A stretch of 64,000 nt of DNA from Escherichia coli (GCF_044324785.1 NZ_CP172127.1); one strand, 5' to 3'. Counted from the stretch's first letter, positions 33,596-46,414 are shown. A program made the numbers and translations. Notes: generated from the sequence alone by a model not told the origin.

Positions 33596-35611
33596 TTACA
33601 ACACCTCGCGAACCGAGATCCCCAGACGCTGCATTCGTGACAGCAGCGTGGTGCGCTTCATCCCTAATCGTGTCGCCGCGCCACGGGGCCCGGCAACAAT
33701 GCCATTGGTTTCTCGCAATACCTGAACAATGCGCTGACGTTCTTCTTCGTCATTCTCTGGCGTCGTCGGGTGCAGCAACTGCGCCATTGAACTGCGAAGC
33801 GCTGAATCTTCATTTAGCGTCGGCAGTAAACGGCTTTGTCGGACATTAAGATGTAAATTCAGACTGTTACCGCGAGTCAGTAGTACCGCTCGCTCAATCA
33901 CGTTTTCCAGCTCGCGCACGTTGCCCGGCCAGTCCCACGACATCAACTGGCGTAGCGCCTCGGTCGGGATGGCGTCAATTGCGCGATTCATATGGCGCGC
34001 CATTTTTTGCGTGAAATGCTTTGCTAAAAGAGGGATATCTTCCGGACGGTCGCGTAGCGGGGGCAATTCCAGTGGGAAGACATTCAGGCGATAAAAGAGA
34101 TCGCTGCGAAACTGGCGATCTTCAACCATTTGCCACAAATCACGGTTGGTGGCGGCAATGACTCTGACATTCACCGGGATCGTTCTACTCCCGCCGAGAC
34201 GCTCAATCTCCCGCTCCTGCAATACGCGCAGCAGTTTAGGCTGAAGTTCTAACGGCAGATCGCCAATTTCATCGAGAAACAACGTGCCGCCATCGGCAAT
34301 TTCAAAACGACCACGATGGGTATTAATCGCACCAGTAAACGCCCCTTTGTCATGACCGAATAACTCACTTTCCAGAAGACTGGCGGGGATGGCAGCGCAG
34401 TTGATTTTGACCAGTGGCTTGTCGCGTCGTGGGCTAAGTTGATGGATCGCTCTGGCGATCACCTCTTTGCCGGTTCCGGTTTCACCACAAATCAACACCG
34501 TACTGTCGCTCTTCGCCACAATATCTACCTGCTGGAGTAGGTCTTCCATTGCCTGGCTTTGATAGATAATGTCACCGACGCCCAGATTCGAAAGGAGCTG
34601 CTCGCTAAGCTGGTGGTTTTCTTGCTGCAAACTTTCCTGCAAATCGGTCATGCTGCGCCAGGCATCGGCATTGCCAACGGCAATAGCGATGCGATCGGCA
34701 ATATGTTGTAGTAGCTGGCAGTTTTCCTCACTAAAGAGAGTGGAAGAGGTATGCGCCAGCAACAATGCACCCGGTGTATGGTTGCCAAAGGTGAGCGGTA
34801 TCAGGAGCGCAGATTCGCAGCCGTTAGATGCAAGTAAGTGTAATAACGGGTCGCGTTGCCAGAGAAACAGATCGTCTGCACGGTGCGTCAAGGTCGGTTG
34901 TCGGGTTTGTAGCGTTTGTGTCAGCAATACACTTTCGCCAGGCATACTGCGTGGCAGACATGCACAATCTGAGGCGGAAAAAACGCTGCACCACAGGCTG
35001 AACTTCTCGTTCTTTCGATGATCGCCCAGTACCATACTGACTGAAGCCAGACCGAAAAAATGATGGATCTCACGAGCGACGTCAGCGATCAGATCGTCGA
35101 GATCAAGATGTGACAATACTGCATTAGTGATATCCACCAGTACCCGATGATGATCGCGATCTTTCTCCAGCAAACGCAGCGCCACCTGCTGTTCTTCATC
35201 ATTGAGCCATGATTGCAGAACCGGGGTGATTATCCGCGCCAGCCAGTTAAACAGTGTGCAATCCTGGGGAGTAAAACGGCTGCCGTGAGTGCGAATAAAG
35301 CGTAGCTCCGCCATTCCACTACTGCCGAGAAGGACGGCGTGGCGCGAATAATCGACCATCTCGCCCTGATACTCTGTTGTTGCCGTCACATCGCTGCCAT
35401 CATCATGGTAGCGGTAATAGAAGTTGCTTTTGAGAACATGCAGTTCAATAAGTTGTACCGGGCTGAACGGCGGCGGCAGCGGGATGAAGGCGCGTAATAA
35501 AGACGCCTTGCCGTGTTTCTGCGCTAACCGCTCCGCGAGCATTCCGTTTACCGCTTCAATTGTTATTCCTTGCGGCGGGGCAAACATCGCCTCGTCTGAC
35601 ATAGCCATCAA
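33596..35611 (-). CDS. hyfR: Sigma54-dependent formate-responsive activator HyfR, 671 aa
   Basis: GAFTGA-type AAA+ sigma54 activator motifs ([16 protein letters not shown]); C-terminal HTH. Confidence 0.9.
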   Translation of the reverse strand: MMAMSDEAMFAPPQGITIEAVNGMLAERLAQKHGKASLLRAFIPLPPPFSPVQLIELHVLKSNFYYRYHDDGSDVTATTEYQGEMVDYSRHAVLLGSSGMAELRFIRTHGSRFTPQDCTLFNWLARIITPVLQSWLNDEEQQVALRLLEKDRDHHRVLVDITNAVLSHLDLDDLIADVAREIHHFFGLASVSMVLGDHRKNEKFSLWCSVFSASDCACLPRSMPGESVLLTQTLQTRQPTLTHRADDLFLWQRDPLLHLLASNGCESALLIPLTFGNHTPGALLLAHTSSTLFSEENCQLLQHIADRIAIAVGNADAWRSMTDLQESLQQENHQLSEQLLSNLGVGDIIYQSQAMEDLLQQVDIVAKSDSTVLICGETGTGKEVIARAIHQLSPRRDKPLVKINCAAIPASLLESELFGHDKGAFTGAINTHRGRFEIADGGTLFLDEIGDLPLELQPKLLRVLQEREIERLGGSRTIPVNVRVIAATNRDLWQMVEDRQFRSDLFYRLNVFPLELPPLRDRPEDIPLLAKHFTQKMARHMNRAIDAIPTEALRQLMSWDWPGNVRELENVIERAVLLTRGNSLNLHLNVRQSRLLPTLNEDSALRSSMAQLLHPTTPENDEEERQRIVQVLRETNGIVAGPRGAATRLGMKRTTLLSRMQRLGISVREVL

Positions 35612-35637
35612 CAGTCCTTATTAATGAGAAATCCTTC

Positions 35638-36051
35638 TCACGCAATTTTTCTGGCCATCAGATAGATGGCCGGTTCCTGCACAATTTCATCCAACAGATG
35701 AATGAATTGAATGCTACGCGCCTGCCACACAGACGTCGCGTCATCTGCCAGTGGCGCGAATGCCCGGGTCAACAGGGCGGTGTGGCTGGCGTCAATAACA
35801 ATCTCACCAAAGGTCATCACCCCCAGCATCTTACGTCGGGCTTGCTCCTCTTCGACCTGTGCAAGCCAATCATCGTATTCCGTCTGTGGGCAGCGGAAGG
35901 CGACATTCAAACAATCAATCACGCCAACGTGATGACCGATAGCCAACGAGTAATACATTACCTGGGAGCTGTGTTCCGGCATCTCGTCGCTACTGGCGAC
36001 AAACTTTTTTCGCAGCGTCCAGAAAACAATTTCCCCGCACGCCTCAGCCAT
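35638..36051 (-). CDS. hyfJ: Hydrogenase-4 component J, 137 aa
   Basis: Length and operon position. Confidence 0.85.
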   Translation of the reverse strand: MAEACGEIVFWTLRKKFVASSDEMPEHSSQVMYYSLAIGHHVGVIDCLNVAFRCPQTEYDDWLAQVEEEQARRKMLGVMTFGEIVIDASHTALLTRAFAPLADDATSVWQARSIQFIHLLDEIVQEPAIYLMARKIA

Positions 36052-36802
36052 GTAACCCCCGGAGAACGCGAAAGAGTTGCTGAACGATACTATTGAGACG
36101 TGGATCGTCGGCTTCGCGCAACCAGGTGTTAACCCGATTTCCTGTAGGATCGTCGCTTAAATGGCGCAGGAGCCGATCGCAAATTTCTCGCCCCTGACGA
36201 TAGCCCGCCAGCCGCCTCGCTTCTCGCTCAATGGCGATACGCTGTGATGGCGGGATCTGCGGCCATAGCGGTTGCATGGTCACCCCGGTGGGATCGCGAT
36301 AATCCACAGCGTGAATCTTCTGTTGCAGCAAACCGAGCGCCACGGCGAAACCGTGAATGGTGGCGGCCGGTGTTGGCGGGCAGCCGGGGATCCAAACATC
36401 AATGGGGACAATGGTGTCGCTGCCGCCCCAGACGCTGTAAAGATCGTGGAAAATACCGCCGCCGACACCGCACGCGCCGTAGGAAATACAGATTTTATGA
36501 TCGGGGGCAGACTCATATGCCCGAAGTGCAGGCATACGCATCGCCCGGGTGACTGCGCCAGTAAATAACAAAATATCGGCGTGACGCGGTGATGAAACAA
36601 CCTTAATGCCAAAACGTTCTGCGTCGAATACGGGTGTGATGGCGGCAAAAATTTCGATTTCGCAGGCGTTGCAGCCGCCGCAATCGACGCGATAAACGTA
36701 GGCCGAGCGACGGATATCCTGTAACAAATGCTGCTTCATCTTTTGCGTTTGCTCGTCCAGCGTGATGGGCTGGCTGACATATTGCGTAAGCACTGGACTC
36801 AT
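36044..36802 (-). CDS. hyfI: Hydrogenase-4 small subunit HyfI, 252 aa
   Basis: Fe-S small-subunit Cys pattern; operon position. Confidence 0.85.
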   Translation of the reverse strand: MSPVLTQYVSQPITLDEQTQKMKQHLLQDIRRSAYVYRVDCGGCNACEIEIFAAITPVFDAERFGIKVVSSPRHADILLFTGAVTRAMRMPALRAYESAPDHKICISYGACGVGGGIFHDLYSVWGGSDTIVPIDVWIPGCPPTPAATIHGFAVALGLLQQKIHAVDYRDPTGVTMQPLWPQIPPSQRIAIEREARRLAGYRQGREICDRLLRHLSDDPTGNRVNTWLREADDPRLNSIVQQLFRVLRGLHG

Positions 36803-37344
36803 AGCTGCTCCTTAGCCACCAGCGGTACATCTGTATCGTCGTTGATCAGCGTCGCGCGTTGTTTGCACTCCGGGCAGACGCTCGCTTGCGCCCATAACAT
36901 TTCGCGGTTTTGTGGCGCATTTTGTTGCTGTGCCAACAATTCAGCAGCCAGTGCGACGGTTTTTTGCGGGGCAAACGGGCGTTCGCAACGGCTGCAACGT
37001 TGTAGATGAAACGTCGCGCGGGTATAGAGATCGGCTTTATTGGTGACGGTCAGTTCAAAGTTATTGGTAAGCTGAATGGCTCTGGTCGGGCACACTTCTT
37101 CACAACGTCCGCAGTAAATACAACGCCCCAGATAGAGCTGCCAGGTGCGCGTATTTTGCTGGTCGTCGGTCTGGATAGTCAGCGCGTTTGCCGGACAAGC
37201 ACAGGCGCAGGCACCGCAGGCAATACATTGGCTGGGCATCAGGTCCGGTTTCCCGCGAAAGCCTGGGCTGACCTCCAGTGGCGCGAAGGGATATTTCACC
37301 GTCGCGGTTCCGGCGCGCATAATAGTTTTCAGTAACTTCAGCAT
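36799..37344 (-). CDS. hyfH: Hydrogenase-4 ferredoxin-type subunit HyfH, 181 aa
   Basis: Two 4Fe-4S Cys clusters. Confidence 0.85.
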   Translation of the reverse strand: MLKLLKTIMRAGTATVKYPFAPLEVSPGFRGKPDLMPSQCIACGACACACPANALTIQTDDQQNTRTWQLYLGRCIYCGRCEEVCPTRAIQLTNNFELTVTNKADLYTRATFHLQRCSRCERPFAPQKTVALAAELLAQQQNAPQNREMLWAQASVCPECKQRATLINDDTDVPLVAKEQL

Positions 37345-37353
37345 CTTCTGTCC

Positions 37354-39069
37354 TTACTTCAGCGGCGAACGGTTACGATCAATGCCGTAGCGTTCGATCT
37401 CTTTATACGGCACGGTTTTTGACTGGCGCTTGCGCACATCAACCAGCGTCACACGGTCGGTACAGGAGTAGCAGGGATCAAGGCTACCGATAATTAGCGG
37501 TGCGTCAGAAACGGTATTGCCGCGCAGCATGTAACGCAGCACTGGCCAGTTGGCGTAGGTGGCGGCACGACAGCGCCAGCGGAACAATTTTTGGTTATCA
37601 CCGAGCATGCTCCAGTGCACGTCTTCACCACGTGGCGCTTCAACAAAGCCCAGCGCGAATGCGTGAGGTTTATAGCTAAAGCCTTCGGTCAGCAGTGGGG
37701 TATCTGGCATGTTGTCGAGGGCAAATTCCAGCATTGCCAGCGAATCAAACGTCTCTTTGACACGGACCATCACGCGGGAGAAGACATCGCCGCCGGTAAA
37801 GGTAAACAGCGTTTTTGGAATATTGCCGTAGTCGGCGTAGGGGTGAGCAAAGCGCAAATCACGGGCAAAACCACTGCCGCGGATCAGCGGCCCTACGGGG
37901 CTATAATCACGGGCGATTTGTCGGTCGAGAATGCCAATGCCCTGAGTGCGTTGTTCCATATTCGGCGTGGCAAGCAGCATCTCTACCAGCTCCGACACGT
38001 CGGCGCGCATCTCGCGCACTAGTTTCAGCGTTTGCAGACGTTGCTCTTTGAGAATATCGCGGCGAACACCACCAATCAGATTCAGACCGTAGGTTTTACG
38101 CGACCCGGTCAGCAATTCCGCCATCGTCATCGACTTTTCCCGCACGCGGAAAAATTGCATAAAGCCGGTATCAAAACCAACAAAATGGCAGGAGAGGCCA
38201 AGGTTGAGCAAATGACTATGCAGCCGTTCGACTTCCAGCAGAATCGAGCGAATAGTATGCGCTCGTTGCGGCACTTCAATCCCCAGTGCATTTTCAACCG
38301 AGTTGGTATAGGCCACACTGTGGGCAAAACCGCAAATCCCACACACGCGGTCGGATAAGAAGGTCACTTCGTTGTAGCCCATCCGCGTTTCTGCCAGTTT
38401 CTCCATGCCGCGATGGACATAAAACAGGCGGTAATCAGCATCGACAATTTGCTCGCCATCCACAAACAAGCGGAAGTGACCTGGTTCATCGGAGGTGATA
38501 TGCAGCGGGCCGACAGGGATCACCCGCGCATCGCTGTTGCCCTCGTTGATAAACGGATACGTTTCGGTATCAGTCGTCGGTTCTGGGCGCAGTCGATAAT
38601 CCATCGCGTCTTTGCGCAGCGGATGCATATCTTCCGGCCAGTCATCGGGCAACACCAGCCGACGCTGATCCGGCAGGCCAACCGGAATCAGCCCGTACAT
38701 ATCGCGAATTTCTCGCTCGCCCCAGACCGCGGCAGGGACGCGCGGTGTGACTGACGGAAACTCCCGACTGTCGGCATCGACCAGTGCCTTCACCACGATC
38801 CAGCATTTTTCGGCCCCTTCCATAGAAAGGGCATAATAAACCGCGTAATGACCGTTAAGTGTCCGCTCGTCGTTGCCAAACAGGACTGGAAGCCAGCCAT
38901 CATGTTGATAATAAAGATAATGCACAACGTCAGGCAGCAGATTGATTTTCACCGTAATGGTGACCTGTTCAGGCGTTTGTCGCTCTTCATCCAGCACCGC
39001 GCCGGGGAACTGCGTTTTCAGGGCGGCGAGAATCGCTTCGCCACGATTTGACGATGAATTAACGTTCAC
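37354..39069 (-). CDS. hyfG: Hydrogenase-4 large NiFe subunit HyfG, start probably GTG at 39069
   Basis: ORF 37354..39114; GGAGA RBS before GTG; C-terminal DPCYSCTDR Ni-binding motif. Confidence 0.8.
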   Translation of the reverse strand: MNVNSSSNRGEAILAALKTQFPGAVLDEERQTPEQVTITVKINLLPDVVHYLYYQHDGWLPVLFGNDERTLNGHYAVYYALSMEGAEKCWIVVKALVDADSREFPSVTPRVPAAVWGEREIRDMYGLIPVGLPDQRRLVLPDDWPEDMHPLRKDAMDYRLRPEPTTDTETYPFINEGNSDARVIPVGPLHITSDEPGHFRLFVDGEQIVDADYRLFYVHRGMEKLAETRMGYNEVTFLSDRVCGICGFAHSVAYTNSVENALGIEVPQRAHTIRSILLEVERLHSHLLNLGLSCHFVGFDTGFMQFFRVREKSMTMAELLTGSRKTYGLNLIGGVRRDILKEQRLQTLKLVREMRADVSELVEMLLATPNMEQRTQGIGILDRQIARDYSPVGPLIRGSGFARDLRFAHPYADYGNIPKTLFTFTGGDVFSRVMVRVKETFDSLAMLEFALDNMPDTPLLTEGFSYKPHAFALGFVEAPRGEDVHWSMLGDNQKLFRWRCRAATYANWPVLRYMLRGNTVSDAPLIIGSLDPCYSCTDRVTLVDVRKRQSKTVPYKEIERYGIDRNRSPLK

Positions 39070-40639
39070 TGTGTTTCTCCGAAACAGATGCGGTGCCTGA
39101 AGGCAAAAAATCATGCCAGGTGCTACGTTGTGCAGGCAGGTCGTGCGTCCCTGAGAGGACTATAGTGGAAGCGCTTGCCAGGATCCTGATGACAGGTTGT
39201 GGAATATGCGTTCCCATCGCCAGCATCATGACCAGCAGAATCACCATTGGCGAGGTGGTCAACCAGCCAAGTTCACCCCGGTTAACGGCCTGCGGCGGTT
39301 TCGCCATTAACACCCGCGCAGCCATCCGTACCAGGCCCGCCAGCACCAGCGTTAACAGCAATAACAGCAGGACGATAAGCAGCAGATGATTACGCGCCAG
39401 TCCGGCGGTAACGGTCATAAATTCGCTAAGAAAAATGTTGAAGGGCGGCATCCCGGCCAGCGCCAGCGCACCGCCGCCAAACAACACGGCGGTAAATGGC
39501 ATGATTTTGAGCATCCCACAGACGACGTTGAGATCGCGCGTGCCGTACTTGAGCAGTACATTGCCGGAACCGCAGAACAACAGCGTTTTTGCCAGACTGT
39601 GGTTTAAGGTGTGCAGCAGCGCGGCAAAAATTCCCAGCGGCCCGCCAATGCCTAACGCCACCGCGACCAGTCCCATGTTCTCCACGCTGGAGTACGCCAG
39701 CAGACGCTTAATGTCCCGCTGTACCAGAATGAAAAATGCCGCCACGGCAACCGACAACATGCCGAAGATGAGCAACAACCGGTTGGGGAAATCGCTGCCG
39801 ATGGCCTGGCAAATAATGATGTAATAGCGAATAAGCACCAACAGCGCGCAGTTCAGCAATACGGCGGAGAGCAGGGCGCTGACCGGACTCGGCGCTTCAC
39901 TGTGAGCATCTGGCAGCCAGGCATGCATGGGGAATAGCCCGGTTTTAGTGCCAAAGCCAATTAGCACAAACACAAAGGCCAACAGCATTAATGTTGGGTC
40001 AAGCAAGGACGATTGCTTAAGAACCTCGCTCCAGAATATCGCCATTTCTGCCTGCGGCATAACGCTGGCGGCGTTGGCGTATACCAGCACGGTACCGAAC
40101 AGACCAAAAGCGACACCAACAGTACAAATAATGATGTACTTCCATGCAGCTTCCAGCGATGAACGCTGACCGTAAATGCCTACCAGAAACGCCGAGCTTA
40201 AGGTGGTGGCTTCGATTGCCGCCCACATCACAATCAGGTTATTGCTGGTAACAACCAGCAGCATGGTGAACAAAAACAGATGGAAGAAACCGTAGTAATC
40301 GCACAGCGTAACGGGTGAAAGCTCGCCGTGTGCCACTTCATGACGCATGTAGCCAATCGAGTAAACACCGGTGAGAAAGCCAATCACACCAAGAATGGCG
40401 AGGAACAAACCGCCCAGACCATCAATGTGAAGCCACAGTCCCGCAGCGAATATTTCTCCCGCATCAGCGGCAGTTTGGACCACCCACAGTGCCAGAATCA
40501 GCAGCAGTGTGATCCCTAAGCCATGTAGTACTGTCACCGTACGAGTCGCAGAGTGTCCCCGTTTCCGGCAGGCAAAACAGAGCAGCGAAAAAAGCAGCGG
40601 CGTGAGCAGGAGTAAAGCGAACATCACAAAATAACTCAT
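39059..40639 (-). CDS. hyfF: Hydrogenase-4 membrane subunit HyfF, 526 aa
   Basis: NuoN/L-like antiporter-type membrane protein. Confidence 0.85.
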   Translation of the reverse strand: MSYFVMFALLLLTPLLFSLLCFACRKRGHSATRTVTVLHGLGITLLLILALWVVQTAADAGEIFAAGLWLHIDGLGGLFLAILGVIGFLTGVYSIGYMRHEVAHGELSPVTLCDYYGFFHLFLFTMLLVVTSNNLIVMWAAIEATTLSSAFLVGIYGQRSSLEAAWKYIIICTVGVAFGLFGTVLVYANAASVMPQAEMAIFWSEVLKQSSLLDPTLMLLAFVFVLIGFGTKTGLFPMHAWLPDAHSEAPSPVSALLSAVLLNCALLVLIRYYIIICQAIGSDFPNRLLLIFGMLSVAVAAFFILVQRDIKRLLAYSSVENMGLVAVALGIGGPLGIFAALLHTLNHSLAKTLLFCGSGNVLLKYGTRDLNVVCGMLKIMPFTAVLFGGGALALAGMPPFNIFLSEFMTVTAGLARNHLLLIVLLLLLLTLVLAGLVRMAARVLMAKPPQAVNRGELGWLTTSPMVILLVMMLAMGTHIPQPVIRILASASTIVLSGTHDLPAQRSTWHDFLPSGTASVSEKHSER

Positions 40640-40643
40640 CTCA

Positions 40644-41294
40644 TTATCCCTTCAGCGCGGTCAAGTTGTTCACGTCCAGCGTGCCGTGGGTACGCCATAT
40701 TTTTCTTGCCAGTAACACCATCACAATGACGGCGAAGATGGCGTCGGTAGCGATACCAATTTCCACCAGTTCCGGTGCACGCCAGGCTAGAAGCGCCAGC
40801 ACCAGATGGGAGCCGTTTTCCATCAGGCAGTAACCAAAGATTTGCCGCAGGATATTGCGCTGGCTGACAATGCACAGCAGGCCAAGCAGAAAATGACCTA
40901 ACGCCACCGCCAGCGCCGGTTTCAGCCCGGTAGCCATCGGTAGCTTCACGGGCTGAACGACAAATGTGCAAAGCAGGACAATTAACGCCGCGAGCAGTGT
41001 CATCATTGCCGGACCGAATAACGCTTTTTCCGGGATGTTCTGGGGAATATTTCGTGCAGCGTAAGTCATGATTAACGGTACCAGCAGCACTTTGGTGATA
41101 AAGGCGCTGGCGGACCAGATCAGCAGTTGCTCTGCGGCGAATAGGCACGAGAGGGTGGCGAAAATAGACACCAGCACCAGTGACTGGCAGGCGTAAAATC
41201 CGCATGACAGGCGATAGCTTTTGACGCTAATCACAAACAGCGATGTCAGCATCATCAGTCCCGCCAGATTATTTACGATCGTAGAACCGGTCAT
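40644..41294 (-). CDS. hyfE: Hydrogenase-4 membrane subunit HyfE, 216 aa
   Basis: Operon position, hydrophobic. Confidence 0.85.
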   Translation of the reverse strand: MTGSTIVNNLAGLMMLTSLFVISVKSYRLSCGFYACQSLVLVSIFATLSCLFAAEQLLIWSASAFITKVLLVPLIMTYAARNIPQNIPEKALFGPAMMTLLAALIVLLCTFVVQPVKLPMATGLKPALAVALGHFLLGLLCIVSQRNILRQIFGYCLMENGSHLVLALLAWRAPELVEIGIATDAIFAVIVMVLLARKIWRTHGTLDVNNLTALKG

Positions 41295-41305
41295 TCATCA
41301 TCTCC

Positions 41306-42745
41306 TTACTGCAACCAGGTCGCGGCGATTACGCTGGAAATCAGCGACATCACAATCAGTACAATCAACACCAGGCGCATTGATCCTGGCAGCGGTGCGG
41401 CATCGGCGACGGCCTCGCTCGGTTTGCCAGGCACGACGCGACCAAACCAGCGAATAAACCAGGCGAAACTGGCGACCGATTCAATCATCAGCAGAATCAT
41501 GGCGGGCAGCAGGATCCAGTACTCCACTGACAACGCAAAACCGGCAGCAAACAGCGGGAATTTACTGAAGAAGCCGTTGAACGGCGGCACGCCGGTAATT
41601 GCCAGCGCTGCCACGCAGAAACCCACGCCAGGCAACGGCAGGGTGTGCAATACGCCACGCAGACGCGGCAACAAGCGCGTGCCGCAGCTGTAACTCAGCG
41701 CACCTGCTACAAGGAAAAACAGGCTTTTAGCGAACGCGTGGTTGACGATGTAGGCGATGCTACCCTCCAGCGCCAGCCGCGAGCCGAAGATGGAGAGCGA
41801 CAAGCCGAAAAACATCCAGCCAAGTTGAGTGATGGTCGACCAGGCCAGCAACCGCTTCATATCCTGCTGTGGCAAATACATCAGGAAGCCATAAAGAATG
41901 GTGACCAGTGCCATAACCATGCCAACGCCGCCAATCACATGCGGGATATTGCCGCCGTCGATAATGGCACGGGCAAAAATGTAAACGCCCACTTTCACCA
42001 TCGATGCGGCGTGGAGATAGGCGCTGATCGGTGTTGGCGCTTCCATTGCATCCGGTAGCCACGCTTGCATCGGTAGCTGGGCCGATTTCCCCCACGCGGC
42101 AAACAGGATGCCACCATAAACCAGATAGCGTGCGTCGCCGTGTAACTCGCTCATCGCGCTGAGCGCAAACGTTCCGGTCTGCAAAAACAGCGTGGCGGCG
42201 GCAAGATACAACCCCAACGAACCGATATGAGTGATAAGCAACGCTTTTAGTGCTGAACGCTGCGCTTTATCGCTCTGGTAATAACTGATCAACGCCCAGG
42301 AGCAGCCGCCCGTAATTTCAAAAAACAACAACTGACCGAGCAGCGTCGAGGAGAGTACCAGTCCCGCCATCGCGCCGATAAAAACCAGCAAAAATGCGTA
42401 ATAACGATTCGTGCCGTTATGCGGGTGTTCGCGATTTTTATCCGTCAGATAACCCGTGGAGTAGATCGTGACCAGCAAACCGAGGAACACCACCACAAAC
42501 AGAATCAGCGTACTCACGCGATCAATGACCAGGCCAAACAACGCCACATCCCCCACGTTGACCAACGTCAACGTGACGGCAACTTTATCGGCCTGATAAA
42601 ACGCGGAGATCAGCGACAACATGCACAGCGTGGTCAGCGCGGCGAACAAAATCCCCCATTCGGCGGCCCGACGTTGTGGCGAAAACGAAACGACCAGTGC
42701 GCCGATAAAAGGCAGCAATAACGTCGTCAGAGCAAGATTTTCCAT
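41306..42745 (-). CDS. hyfD: Hydrogenase-4 membrane subunit HyfD, 479 aa
   Basis: Antiporter-like membrane subunit. Confidence 0.85.
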   Translation of the reverse strand: MENLALTTLLLPFIGALVVSFSPQRRAAEWGILFAALTTLCMLSLISAFYQADKVAVTLTLVNVGDVALFGLVIDRVSTLILFVVVFLGLLVTIYSTGYLTDKNREHPHNGTNRYYAFLLVFIGAMAGLVLSSTLLGQLLFFEITGGCSWALISYYQSDKAQRSALKALLITHIGSLGLYLAAATLFLQTGTFALSAMSELHGDARYLVYGGILFAAWGKSAQLPMQAWLPDAMEAPTPISAYLHAASMVKVGVYIFARAIIDGGNIPHVIGGVGMVMALVTILYGFLMYLPQQDMKRLLAWSTITQLGWMFFGLSLSIFGSRLALEGSIAYIVNHAFAKSLFFLVAGALSYSCGTRLLPRLRGVLHTLPLPGVGFCVAALAITGVPPFNGFFSKFPLFAAGFALSVEYWILLPAMILLMIESVASFAWFIRWFGRVVPGKPSEAVADAAPLPGSMRLVLIVLIVMSLISSVIAATWLQ

Positions 42746-42761
42746 ATTCCGTCAGTGCTCC

Positions 42762-43709
42762 TTACAGACCGGTTAACCAGAAGACCCAGGCAAGCGCAGC
42801 AAGGCTGAAGCCAAGCCAGGTCACATGGTGAATGAGTAAAAAACGCCCGCGTGCCAGCGTGTTTTCTGCGATTGAGGCCAGAACAAAAATCAGCAAAACC
42901 TTGAGCAGCGTAACGATAAGTGAAGTCAGCAGGCAGGTGAGAGAAAGCTCTTGCGCGCGCCCAAAGGGCAAAAACAGGGCCACAAACAGTGATGCCATCA
43001 CGACCTGTTTCAGCCCCAGCCCCAACTTCGCCAGCGCCAGCCCGGCACCGGAATATTCGGTCAGCGGGCCTTCCTGTAATTCCTGTTCTGCTTCAGCAAC
43101 ATCAAAGGGAATTTTTCCCATCTCAATGAAGCAGGCAAAACCACAGGCCAGTAACGCCAGTACGGTGGTTAGCGGCGAGTTCCAGCCCGTCGCCAGCGTC
43201 TTGCTGATCATCTCGATATGCGTGGAATCCGCTATCAGCGCCAATACCAGCAGTGAGAGAAGGAGCATTGGTTCGACCAGAATGCCGAGCGTCAACTCGC
43301 GACTGGCACCGACTCCCGCAAACGGGCTTCCGGTATCCAGCCCGGAAAGAGCAAAGAAAAAACGAAACAGGGCAAGAAGATAGATAAGGGTGATCAGATC
43401 GCCGCCGCCCGCAAAAGGGGAAACAGTAATAAATAGTGGTAGGGCCATCGCCAGCACCAGCATGCTGCTGATTAATACCCACGGCATCAGGCGGAACATC
43501 AGACCTGAAGATGTCGGCGCAACTTCCTGGCGTTTAAACAGTTTGTGGATATCGCGATAATCCTGCCAGATCCCCGGTCCGCGACGGGAGTGCATACGCG
43601 CGCGTATCTGCCGGGAAATCCCCGTAAAAAGCGGGGTTAGCACCAGCAGAATCACGGCCTGTGCTAACGCAAAAATGATCAGATATCCGTCGCAAAGAGT
43701 TTGTCTCAT
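42762..43709 (-). CDS. hyfC: Hydrogenase-4 membrane subunit HyfC, 315 aa
   Basis: ORF 42762..43730 with start at second ATG (MRQTLCDGYL). Confidence 0.85.
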   Translation of the reverse strand: MRQTLCDGYLIIFALAQAVILLVLTPLFTGISRQIRARMHSRRGPGIWQDYRDIHKLFKRQEVAPTSSGLMFRLMPWVLISSMLVLAMALPLFITVSPFAGGGDLITLIYLLALFRFFFALSGLDTGSPFAGVGASRELTLGILVEPMLLLSLLVLALIADSTHIEMISKTLATGWNSPLTTVLALLACGFACFIEMGKIPFDVAEAEQELQEGPLTEYSGAGLALAKLGLGLKQVVMASLFVALFLPFGRAQELSLTCLLTSLIVTLLKVLLIFVLASIAENTLARGRFLLIHHVTWLGFSLAALAWVFWLTGL

Positions 43710-43719
43710 GGTGATTTCC

Positions 43720-45738
43720 TTAGACGGCAATAGCGATTAGCAGCACAACCAGTGCGGCGATCACATACAGGCAATAGAGACGAAAGTCGCCGCTTTGCAG
43801 ATGCTGTATTTCTTTGGCCAGCCGTTGGGTGGCGCTCACGATGGGGCGGATCACCCGCTCATCCCAGAAGGGTTCTGTGCTCTGAGCCCTGGCGGTGATG
43901 TGCGCAAGACCTTTATTTAGCTTCAGCGTAGGGTCGAGCTGTTGTCGTAGACGAAATAGCGCAGAAAAGACCACACGCAGCGGCTGCATCACGCCATTGC
44001 CTGACGGGGCCATCGCATTATCCCAGCCGTAGCCGCATGCCCAGGCATCTCCTGTGCGACGAAACGCTGCGCGGCGCGAACGACGCCACAGCCAGTAAAG
44101 GCCAGGCAGCAAAGGCATCGCCAGTAGTAACAGCAACAGTAATGAGGGAGTGACCCGTGTATGAAACGTGCCGGGTACAAGTGCTATTCCGCTGGCGACA
44201 GTGACGGGAGGGGTATTGGTAAACGCATGGGCAATGTGCATTATCTTCGGTGCCAGCCAACTGGCACTAAGCGCAATGAATACGCAGAGTGCCGCGAGCA
44301 GTAGCATGGCGACGATCATCGTATTTGGCACTTCCTGTGCCTCTTCAGCGTGTGTACTGCGCGGCGCTCCACAGAAAGTAATACCGTACATTTTGGCGAA
44401 GCACATTACTGCCAGCCCACCAGTGACTGCCAGCATCACCATAGCAATAGGACCCGCAAGTTGTAGCGCTACGGCTTCCACACGACTTAGTGAGAACAGC
44501 GACTGCCAGGTGTACCATTCGCTGATAAAACCATTCAGCGGAGGAATGGCTGATATCGCGAGGCAACCAATCAGGCATGCTGCGGCTGTCCACGGCATCC
44601 GTTTTGCCAGTGCCCCCATTTTTTCCATGTCGTGGGTATGCAAACGCGAAATAATCGCACCCGCGCCGAGAAACAGCAGCCCTTTGAACAGTGCATGGTT
44701 GAGCAAATGAAACAGCGCGCCGAGCAGTCCAACCACGGTGAGCAGCGGGTCGTGCAGTGACAGACCGACCATCGCCACACCGACCGCCAGCAAAATAATG
44801 CCGACGTTTTCGACGGTACTCCAGGCCAGCAGCCGTTTGATATCCTGTTCCGCCAGCGCATACAGCACTCCCAGGAGCGCGGAGATTGCGCCGATCGCCA
44901 TCACCAGAATGCCCCACCACAGCGGCAAACCCGTTTGCGCCAGCAGGTCCATCGCTACTTTCAGGATGCCGAAAATACCGATTTTGACCATTACGCCAGA
45001 CATCAACGCCGAAGCGTGCGATGGTGCGGCAGGGTGAGCGCGTGGCAACCAGCTGTGCAACGGCATCATCCCGGCTTTCGCGCCAAAACCGAAGAAGGCC
45101 AGCAGGAACACCGCCGACGCCAGCCCCGGAGAAAGTGAAAGCGTGCGGAAACTGGCAAAATCGAGGCTGCCGCTTTCGCGCCACATCAGCAAGAAGGCGA
45201 TCATAATCAGCACCGATCCGGCGTGGGCGATAAAAAAGTAGAGCATGCCAGCGTTGATTGACGTTTTATCCTGCCTGGCAATGACCAGAAACCAGGAAGA
45301 CAGCGACATCATTTCAAACAGCACGATGAACCAAAAAGCGTTATCCATCACCAGCAGGGCAACCATCGATGCGATGAAAAGATTCATAAAGAAGCCCATT
45401 GCCGCCGCGCCTTTGCCCTCGTATTCGCGCATATAAGTCAATGAATAGAGCGAACAAACCCCCACCAGCAAGGAGATAACCAACACCATAAATGCCGAGA
45501 GGCTATCCATTCGCAGGGTTAAATCGGCAAAATCAAAAGGCGTGGCAAAACGGGCGACTAAAGTTACGCCTGCATGTAATTGCGTAATTCCGCTGATGAT
45601 GCCAATCACGCCGCCCACCAGCGATGTGATGCCGGAAAGCTTAATAGTCAGTCTGTCCAGACCGAGTAAAAACAGCGAAGCCAGACTGGCAAACAGATAG
45701 AGGATCAGCGACCAGGTTAATAATTGCAGGGCATCCAT
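43720..45738 (-). CDS. hyfB: Hydrogenase-4 membrane subunit HyfB, 672 aa
   Basis: Antiporter-like membrane subunit. Confidence 0.85.
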   Translation of the reverse strand: MDALQLLTWSLILYLFASLASLFLLGLDRLTIKLSGITSLVGGVIGIISGITQLHAGVTLVARFATPFDFADLTLRMDSLSAFMVLVISLLVGVCSLYSLTYMREYEGKGAAAMGFFMNLFIASMVALLVMDNAFWFIVLFEMMSLSSWFLVIARQDKTSINAGMLYFFIAHAGSVLIMIAFLLMWRESGSLDFASFRTLSLSPGLASAVFLLAFFGFGAKAGMMPLHSWLPRAHPAAPSHASALMSGVMVKIGIFGILKVAMDLLAQTGLPLWWGILVMAIGAISALLGVLYALAEQDIKRLLAWSTVENVGIILLAVGVAMVGLSLHDPLLTVVGLLGALFHLLNHALFKGLLFLGAGAIISRLHTHDMEKMGALAKRMPWTAAACLIGCLAISAIPPLNGFISEWYTWQSLFSLSRVEAVALQLAGPIAMVMLAVTGGLAVMCFAKMYGITFCGAPRSTHAEEAQEVPNTMIVAMLLLAALCVFIALSASWLAPKIMHIAHAFTNTPPVTVASGIALVPGTFHTRVTPSLLLLLLLAMPLLPGLYWLWRRSRRAAFRRTGDAWACGYGWDNAMAPSGNGVMQPLRVVFSALFRLRQQLDPTLKLNKGLAHITARAQSTEPFWDERVIRPIVSATQRLAKEIQHLQSGDFRLYCLYVIAALVVLLIAIAV

Positions 45739-46355
45739 TAGCGTTGCTCCTGAGTGAGGGAAAGGGGATCCTCCCCGCCATTGGCAAACCAGCTTGCGGC
45801 AAGGCGCTGTTTTTCTTTCATCTGGCGTTGCAGGCTATCGTCGGTGATCAGCCGTAACGCCTTATTCGGGCAAGCGCGAACGCATGCCGGACCTTCTGGC
45901 AAGAAATCACACAGGTCGCATTTCACCGCGACGGTCTGGACACCCGGTTCCCAGCGCAGCAACGCATGTTGGGTCGACACGTTTACTTCTCCGTCTTTGA
46001 GTGAGCCCTCAGCCTGAAAAACATATTGCGCAGGGGCATTCACCGGACGGCTTCCTGAAGCGCTGATTGCGCCAAATGGGCAGACCACGGCACAAAGCTT
46101 GCAGCCAATACAGAGGCTTTCGTTGAGTTGGATCGCATCATCCCTCTGGGAGATGGCATTGACCGGGCAGACCTGCAGGCAAGGGGCTTCCTCACAGTGA
46201 TGACACACGACAGGGGCAGTGAGTGTTGACGTCTTCGCCAGGGCCAGGCGCGGGTGTTGCTGTAAACCTTGCGTTTTATGCACGTCCGAACAGGCAGCGA
46301 GACAGGTATTACATCCTGTACACCACAGTGGTTCGGCCACCACAAAGCGGTTCAT
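45738..46355 (-). CDS. hyfA: Hydrogenase-4 Fe-S subunit HyfA, 205 aa
   Basis: ORF 45738..46394 with start MNRFVVAEPLWCTGC; four Cys clusters. Confidence 0.85.
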   Translation of the reverse strand: MNRFVVAEPLWCTGCNTCLAACSDVHKTQGLQQHPRLALAKTSTLTAPVVCHHCEEAPCLQVCPVNAISQRDDAIQLNESLCIGCKLCAVVCPFGAISASGSRPVNAPAQYVFQAEGSLKDGEVNVSTQHALLRWEPGVQTVAVKCDLCDFLPEGPACVRACPNKALRLITDDSLQRQMKEKQRLAASWFANGGEDPLSLTQEQR

Positions 46356-46395
46356 GTCGGCTCCTTGAAAATGATATGAAACATTGCATTTCATA

Positions 46396-46414
46396 TTGCA
46401 TAAAGGATGCCAGT
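46396..46414 (-). promoter_or_regulatory. Candidate sigma54 promoter of the hyf operon (minus strand TGGCAT-N-TATGCA with GG and GC 10 nt apart)
   Basis: ctGGcatcctttatGCaat about 40 bp upstream of hyfA start. Confidence 0.5.

Noticed and set aside
44345-45184. 279-aa minus-strand alternate-frame ORF within hyfB
   Set aside because: hyfB main frame is intact and conserved; alternate frame is Arg/Ala-rich noise.
33596-46394. hyf hydrogenase-4 operon as a candidate novel system
   Set aside because: Complete and syntenic with the well-described K-12 hyfABCDEFGHIJR-focB locus.
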